A stretch of 64,000 nt of DNA, from the NCBI RefSeq assembly GCF_006345805.1, contig NC_042998.1:175212001-175276000 (forward strand). The letters run 5' to 3'. The stretch is from Octopus sinensis (taxonomy: Eukaryota). A program made the position numbers and the translations under genes. Below the pieces are notes generated by a model that was given only the letters and a program-made list of their open reading frames with translations, had not been told where the DNA came from and did no database searches. Positions 39,201-47,900 of the stretch are shown piece by piece (within the stretch, counting starts at the first letter, position 1; each line of letters opens with the position of its first letter).

Positions 39201-42200
39201 TGACGGAGAGGTGTGGCCAGGGTAAGTATCCAGGAGGTAAAGAAAATCCAATGTAGAGGTAAGAGTTGATAGTGGTGTTGGTAGAATATAGGATGAAATG
39301 TATCTTTCTGTTGAAGAGCATAGGCTCAAAACGTAAAAGACTTGTTTTATTTATATTCCTGAGCGCCATACTAATACAATTGTTTGTTTGTATTCCACCT
39401 GCCTTCGTCTTTTGTTTATTTTCATAAAGCTTCCCATTACATATCAAGCTGACTGTGACCTTATTTCTCTTCTCCCTGCACCCACTAGATTCTTATTTAT
39501 AAAAACACTAAACTCAGAAGTATAACAACTGTTTCTAAAACATAAATTTGCAGTAGCTGAGTAGATAACCTGTCAAATACTGGTTTTGCAGTTTCTAAGT
39601 TTGAGTCTTGTTGTAAGCATTGTGCTTGACTCATGGACAAGACAATCAACGCAAATTGTAAGAAATTTACTACAGATTGCCCTGATTACACATGTCGTCA
39701 TGTTATCATTTTGACATCTAATTCCATGCTTGCATGGGTCAGTCAAGATTTCTACAGCTGGATGCTCTTCCTGTCACCCACCCACACTTGTTTCTTGTGA
39801 CCAGACGTTTTACAGAAGGTTAGAAATGAAGACACTACTTATCTAGTGGTGAGGATGGTTTGCAACTATCATGTGATGTCCAGACAAGAAGACACTGACA
39901 CTGACACATGTGTACACATGCACTCTCACATATGTGCATGTACACACACACACATATATATAACAGGCTTCTTTCAGTTTCCATCTGCCAAATCAACTAA
40001 CAAGGCTTTGGTCAACCTGAGGCTATAGTAGAAGACAAGGTGCTATGCTGTGGAACTGAGCCCAAAACCATGTGGCTGAGAAGCAAACTTCCCAGCCACA
40101 CAGCCACTCTTGTCTTCAATAGTACTTACATGATTTTTTTTTACTGACCAGGCTATCAGATGTTGCTATACATCGCTGGTCACAATGCGCTTCACATTGT
40201 TTTAGCCTTCAAATGATGCCACCCCGCTGGCTAAGCAAGTAGGCCAACAGAAGAAAGAGTGAGAGAAAGTTGTGGCGAAAGAGTACAGCAGGGTTCACCA
40301 CCACCCACTGCCGGAGCCTCATGGAGCTTTAGGTGTTTTCGCTCAATAAACACTCACAACACTTGGTGTGGGAATTGAAACCGCAATCCTATGACCGCAA
40401 GTCCGCTGCCCTAACCACTGGGCCATTGCGCCTCCACACTTGCATGATATATCTAAATATAATGTTCATATGTTTTAATATATGTATCTTTGGTTCTGTC
40501 CTACATTAGTCCTTAACAATTATAAATTTAATTTAATCATTAAATTAATTTAATTTAATGATTAAATTGAAATTTAATTTAAACATGCATATGAATATGT
40601 GTGAATTCTTATGTAATTTAGTAAGTCACAGAAGCATGGTTGCCACTTACAACTTGTAAAGATAATTCATTTTAATGAGAGAATAAGTTATACAGAAATT
40701 AACTCAGCTTGAGTCAGGTATAAATTACTTAAACATCTTTAAACAAAGCATTTTTCTTCTCTTTTTGATAAATTTAATTTGTTAATTTAATGAATTAATA
40801 AAATTATTCCTTTATTCAGGTCATCGAACATTTCCTCGCTCTAATAACCGCCGGCCAGAACTTTGCTCTAGGTCAGTCCCAGCATTGCTGACCCGTGGTA
40901 GTGAGGGTACACTCAGTAGCACACGCAGTACCAGTAGTAGTAGTAGTGGTTTACCACCTGATCCTGATTTGGACTCACCTGAAGGCAGATTATTGATGAA
41001 ACGGAACAGTGATATGGACAGTCCTAGTTTTGGCTTCTCTGATGTTCATTTTTCTAAATGTGAGCTCATCCTTTGATTATTATTCATCCTGTTCAGTTTT
41101 GGTTAAAATGCTTAATTATATAGATTCTCATTAAATCAGTTAAGTTAAAATTTAATAAAACATTACTACAAGTTTAATTCCAATAAAATTAAATTCACCT
41201 GAGCAAGAAAAAGAAATATACTGATACTGTGAAATGTTGATTGTAAAGGTTGAAGGCCCACAAGAGTAGTGGTTGAGTGAGGTAGGAAAACCACCAAATA
41301 TCAAAGACATTAGTTGAGCTACACAATAGGATTACTATTGTTTAGTCCAAAGTCAGTCCTAATCAAGCACACATTTATCAGAAACATTCCCAGATGACCA
41401 TCTTGTCTTTTGTGCGGACTACATTATCCAGTGTGTTCTTTTTATTTAAAATTTTTAAGGTATAATTTAGATGAGAATAAGTTGTTATTTCTAGTATGCT
41501 GAGCTACCACATGTGCACTGGCTTGAGAGAAGACGTTATATAGGCATGTAATGCAACCAAATACTAAATGGAAAATAAACTGACATTATAGATATGATTA
41601 TATGAGTTTGCAGTAGGCCAAAAAAGACTTGATGTAAAACCTTAGAAGGATGCAATTGCAGCGTGGAAGGTGTTTATAAGCTATTTAAGAAACAGACAAA
41701 AACCGTTAGATTCACTTCAACATTTAAATTTAATTTGTCAAAATATTTTCGTCGCTTTGAGATCGCGACCTGTTCGCTGACAAAACTTCGTGCTGCATGA
41801 AGTTTTGTCAGTGAACAGGTCGCGGTCTCAAAGCGACGAAAATATTTTGACAAATTAAATTTAAATGTTGAAGTGAGTCTAACGGTTTTTGTGTGTTTCT
41901 TAAATGGCTTATAAACACCTACCCATGCTAGCATGGAAAGCGGACGTTAAACGATGATGATGATGATATGCTGCAATTGTTTTCATTCCAGCACACGATC
42001 TCAGATCAAGTCACTCGCTATGCAAGTACAAGGAGGAATGGTAATATAAGATTGAGACATGTGAAAGGTGCTGAATGTTGGAAGTAAGAAAACCTAACAG
42101 GAATGGATGTTAAAGTTAGGATTATGATAATAGTTTGTTATTGTGCTGCGGAGTTCAGTTTTGTCATACATAGCGGAAATCTTATAGATAATTCTGAGTT

Positions 42201-44115
42201 CCTACCTTTCACCTAAAGAGTTCTCTCTGTATGTGTTTGTTAGTCTGTTACATTTTCTAATTGTGATTTTCAAATCTACTTGAAGCTCCCCGAGCACCAA
42301 CAAATTGGAAGAAAGGTCGGTTACTTGGTCCTGGTGCCTTTGGTGAAGTGTATTTGTGTTATGATGAAGACTCTGGCCGAGAACTAGCAGTCAAACAAGT
42401 TCAAATATCAGCAGACAATGCAGAAGTTTCTAAGGTAAATTTAGTCTTTATAGTCCTGAGATTCATTTTAATCAACTATATTTTCCCCTAATATTTGTGG
42501 ACATGTGCTAAAAAAAAAGAATGGTAGAGGAGGGAAAAGTACAGTGTTTTGAACAATTTAGTCTTGAGTATATTTAAAAACTATTCCAGGTATACCCAAT
42601 ATAATTTTCCCATTATGACACCATCCTATGACTTGTATTTCAGGATATCATTATTTTTGTATTATCGTCTTGGCTGCTAAATAGTTTCTTTTGTAACAAG
42701 GGAGTGTGTGTATCTCACATATGGATGTGAGAAAAATTATCCCTCTGATACAACATGGGTATAGGGACATTATTCATCTAATATCACATAAGAATAAAGA
42801 CATTGTCTTTCTGACAAGCTAGCTTTTCATGAGTTATGCAGGAATATTATTTCTGCATATATCCAATTTCTTAAACCAACATTAAAACTCCTGTTCTCTT
42901 CATTATGCTTTACAGGAAGTCCGGGCTTTGGAAAATGAAATCCAGCTTCTTCGAAACTTTCATCATGAACGAATTGTTCAGTATTTTGGTTGTATACAAG
43001 GGAAAGTACTATCAATATTCATGGAATACATGCCTGGGGTAAGAATAAGTTTGTTGTTTCATACAAATTTCCTTTTATTTTTTTTTTATACTGTCACTAC
43101 CATCATCATTTTCATCATCACCACCACCAACAACATCATTATTATCAGCACTACACTATCATCATAAGCATAGTAAGTTTTTCAATTTCTCAATGACTTG
43201 TATTTTTCCAGCTTGTGTAAACCCTGTTGATCTTTACACAGACCCACATGCATATTGTCTCTCTCTCTCTCACTCATAATGGCCTCTACTTCTGGAGCCA
43301 GTTAGTCTTATACCTCTACCACTCAGGGATTTCCATCCCACTTATCGCTCTACCTCTCAGTACTCTTGGTACATTTGGTTACCGTTTTCCCCTTCACTGA
43401 CCACTGTGCCCAATCCTTTTTCCCCAGAACATATCACCTTTGAAATCTCCTTCTGGCTCAAACTTTACTTGCAGCTGTTGCCATAACAGTTTAAACAGAA
43501 CATTAACAGTATTGAACTCACCAGTCTTAGTAGACCTGCAAAGGTCATGAACTCTGCCCTTTACACAAGTAAAAAATAAAAAATTAACTTGCATGACTCT
43601 ATTTCATGTACATTGATTTGATACAGTTGTCTCATTACTGTAAATTAAATGTAGCTACATAGCATATTAGCAGGTTACATGTTTATGTAGAATTCTTTGT
43701 TTGGACATGGTTAACTGACCTGTATCAAAATTTAAGCAGGCCTTTTAGGTTCAGTGTCTGTTTCTTATTCCTATGTTATTTCAATTAGTAAACCCTTTAA
43801 TTGTTTGGACTCAGGATTTTAGTTTTAATGTAGAATTTAAATATTCTTATTCAGAGGATTGTAATGACATATGGATGGGAGCATCAATTCTTGACATTCA
43901 GAATAAAAAAATTGTGTCCCTATAGTATTGTCTGTTCCTCACATGTATAGAAAAGTAGACATTCAAATGATGATGATGGCTATGATTTAGTAATTAAAAC
44001 CTGGAAGTTAATTTCTTTCAGTAAGACTTATTTCTGATTTCATTGTTATTGCATGTTCTCTTTCATTGATGCTTTTGTTCCTTTTTTTTTATGTGCCGCA
44101 TCACTGCAGTCATTG

Positions 44116-44149
<34 letters not shown>

Positions 44150-44940
44150 TTTTGTTTCTGTTTACTACCTTATGTTTTTTAATGCTTAGACTCAGATGTC
44201 AAGCTCAAGTGAAACATGTTTAATCAAAGTAGAGCAAGCAGACTTAAGTGTTTATACATGAAGCACAACACACTGACAATAGCAAGATCTGAGTTTATGA
44301 CCATGTGGTCAGCATTTCAATGTCTTGTAGCCATTGTCTCTCTCTGTCACAGACATTATTATCCTTTTCTATTTCTTTACTACCCACAAGGAGCTAAACA
44401 CAGAGAGGACAAACAAGAACAGACAAACGGGTTAAGTCGATTATATTGACCCCAGTGCATAACTGGTACTTATTTAATTGACCCCAAAAGGATGGAAGGC
44501 AAAGTCGACCTCAGCAGAATTTAAACTCAGAACGTAGTGGCAGACGAAATACTGCTAAGCATTTTGTCCGGCGCTCTAACATTTCTGCCAGCTCGACGCC
44601 TTTATTATCCTTTTCATCATCTTAATTACTACCTTCTTCATTATCATCAACAACAACATTTTCTAAATAATTGGCATTCTTTTAAAACTATTTGTGTCTG
44701 ATAATTTCATTTTTTTTCTTGTTCATTTCAGGGTTCTTTACGGCAGCAATTACAAAATTATGGTCCATTAAATGAAAACCTTGCTCGGAAGTACACCCGA
44801 CAAGTTCTAGAAGGATTAGCATTTCTGCACAAAAATGTTATTGTACATAGAGACATAAAATGTAAGTACTGACTTCATATTTTAGACCAACATTATTTTT
44901 ACCTACTTTTCTTTTAATCTTCTCTTAACCTTATTGTGCT

Positions 44941-44972
<32 letters not shown>

Positions 44973-47900
44973 TAGTTTTATTTTTATAGCGTGCTTTCAC
45001 TTCACTACCGAGCGCAGCTCTGTGTGCCTTGGGTATGTGCTGTGATTTGTTGTGATGCTCTGATGGTTATTGTATGGAAAGTGTTCTGCGTAGGATGTGT
45101 ACAGTGCCTAATTATTATTATTATTATTATTAAAAGTAGCTATGATGACCTTTGGGGATTTCCTTACAAGCTGTTGGCATTCATATCTTCTCCAAATAAA
45201 GTTCCGAATTTGCAATGGAACTTATATTGTTGATGTCTTAATACAACATTTTGCTGAGTGTGTCACAAAATTATGTAAGGTGTAACACAACACTTTCATA
45301 TTTGCTAAATCATATAGATATGCCACATTGCAATGTATAATTGCAAAATTGTCCTCAAAATATTTTATCCCACCTTCTTTGCTTATCTTTCCTTGTTTAT
45401 CCTATATACTCCAACCCTTTCTTATATAGTATAATATGGAGTAGCCACTGTATCCTTACTATCATACTTTAACTTCTTAACACCTTGTAAAACAACTACA
45501 TCTCTGCTATACTCCCTCTTAGTTGAAGGAGCTCTTTGTTCTAGTGAGTTATATGGGGATCTCAGTAGTGCTGATGCCATGAAAAAAGCATGCAGTACAC
45601 TCTGTAAAATGGCTATTATTAGGAAGGGTATCCACCTATTTAAAATTATGGCAAAACTGAGACACTGGAGCAAGACAAAGTCTTCTAATCTGTTGTATCC
45701 TATTCTTCTAATCTGTTGTATCCTATTGAACCATCCAAGCCATGCCAGCATGAAAGTGGTGTGGTGTGTGTACCAATGGTTGATCTCTTTTAACCTCACA
45801 TACTTATTTTTACATATGAGCCCAAATAATTTTTTTTTTAATGTATATGTAAATAGTGTGTTGTCTCATTTTTAGTGAAAAATAACTGTGTTACTTTCCT
45901 TTAAAAGTTGAAAAAATATTGTTTTAAAGATTATAAACCCACTCAAATTATTTTAAATCATGGTTGACTGGACTTATCTTTACTTTTATAATGATTTTTA
46001 TTTTACAGGTGCTAATATCTTAAAGAATGTTCAAGGTAATGTTAAGCTTGGAGATTTTGGAGCTTCCAAACGATTACAAAGTATTTGTAGCATGTCAGGA
46101 CTGAAAACAGTAATTGGAACTCCTCATTGGATGGCGCCGGAAGTTATTAATGGTGAGGGTTACTGTCGGAAAGCTGACATATGGTAAGCTTCTATATTGT
46201 TATTTTTTAAAACAAAACAATGTTAGTAAATTAGGAATATTTTTTTCAAAGGTTATAATAGCAGTGAAATGGTCAACTATGACAGTTATTAGCTATCAAA
46301 AGGATATTAATAGCACAAGGAAAATGATTCCATTAAGAGTCAAGATTAAATCACAAACAAATTTCTCTGACAAGCTAGGATGATTTCACAATAAACACTA
46401 TACCGATTATGCTGAGGAAGCCTCTGTGCAGCCACTCAACTTGCCAGAAGTGGCAGCCAAATTTTCCTTTACAGTCTTGGAAAGAAAGGACAATGCTAGT
46501 TGTGGTTATGCTGTGTCTGAATAAAAAGGCATTGAATGGTCATGACCTTAGAACTGCTCAACTAGGATTGATCTTGGGCTAAACACCAACACTATAATAT
46601 GTACAATAATAATTTTTCCTGAGAGCAAAAACTTTTAATAAAAGGAATTGATGTAGTTTGCCAAATTAATATCAATATATTACTTGAGGAATCTCTTAGA
46701 TGGTTGTTCAACTTGCTAGAATTAGCAGCCAGATCTCCATGAAAAGAACACATTTGATAATGTGATCCATAGTGCACTGTACCTAGGAAAAGGATTGGAT
46801 GGTCATGATTGGAATGCTATTGATAACAGGTCTCTTTGGTTAGAACTGACCTCAGGTGAAACAATGACTGGTGTTTATCAACTTTCAACCCCTTGGTTGA
46901 TAAAAAGTAAGCTCAGTCTTGATGGCATCAAATAAGGTCTTATTTGGTTATCTCCACCATAACAATAATAATAATAAAAACCTTCTAACTTTAGTTTAAA
47001 ACTAGGAATTTAAGGACAGACTGTAATTAATTAAATAGACCTTAATACTTAATGGACATTACTCAACTCATGCCTATTGACAAGAAAGTTGATTCAGGTG
47101 GAAACAAGGCATTTAGTCTATTACCTTTCTACTTCAGTTATTCTGCCATTTAATGATTATCATTATCTTTAATTCAGTAATCTTACTTTTATTGCATGCT
47201 ATCACTGCATATCCAAACACAGATTTGTAGGTTTTGGGTACATGTAGTGTTTTTTTGTTTTGTTGAGGTTTTTTCTATTGCATTGAAGGTACTCTATGTA
47301 ATATGCATGCAGTGCTTAATAAATGCAGTTTCCTGTATGTCAAGTACATGAGTGTAAATTTTGGCATTTGGGCTAAGAATACTGTAATAATGATGGCCAT
47401 AGATCCAATGAAATAGGGAAATGGTGGGAAGGAATTCAATTATATTAATAATCTGATGATGATGATGATTAAAACTTTTCAGCAGAACTTTTTTTAATTT
47501 TACCTCTATTTTCTATGCAAATTGTGTAGAATAGTTCTACAAATTTTGTGATATTTTCATATTAATTATCTGACTTACATATTTGATAGCAGGTTGACTC
47601 AGCTCCACACTATTTAAAGGGATCTTTTCCTTTTGAACAGCAGTTTGTAACATAATTTCTAGGTAACTAAAAAGTTTTAAACTTCGTATACTGGTAGAAT
47701 GTGTTCATAAAACATCATTTTCTCTTGGCTTTATTGAGAAAATTCTATAGGTTGTAACATATTTCGTCTTTAATTTCTTGCATTTCGGCAATTTTAACCA
47801 ATCACTGGCGTCTATTTAGGTAAACAACATTCTGTGCCGCATGAATATGTCCCTCCTTTAAGAAACAGATTGGGTTTATTTACATTTGTGAAGAAAAAAG

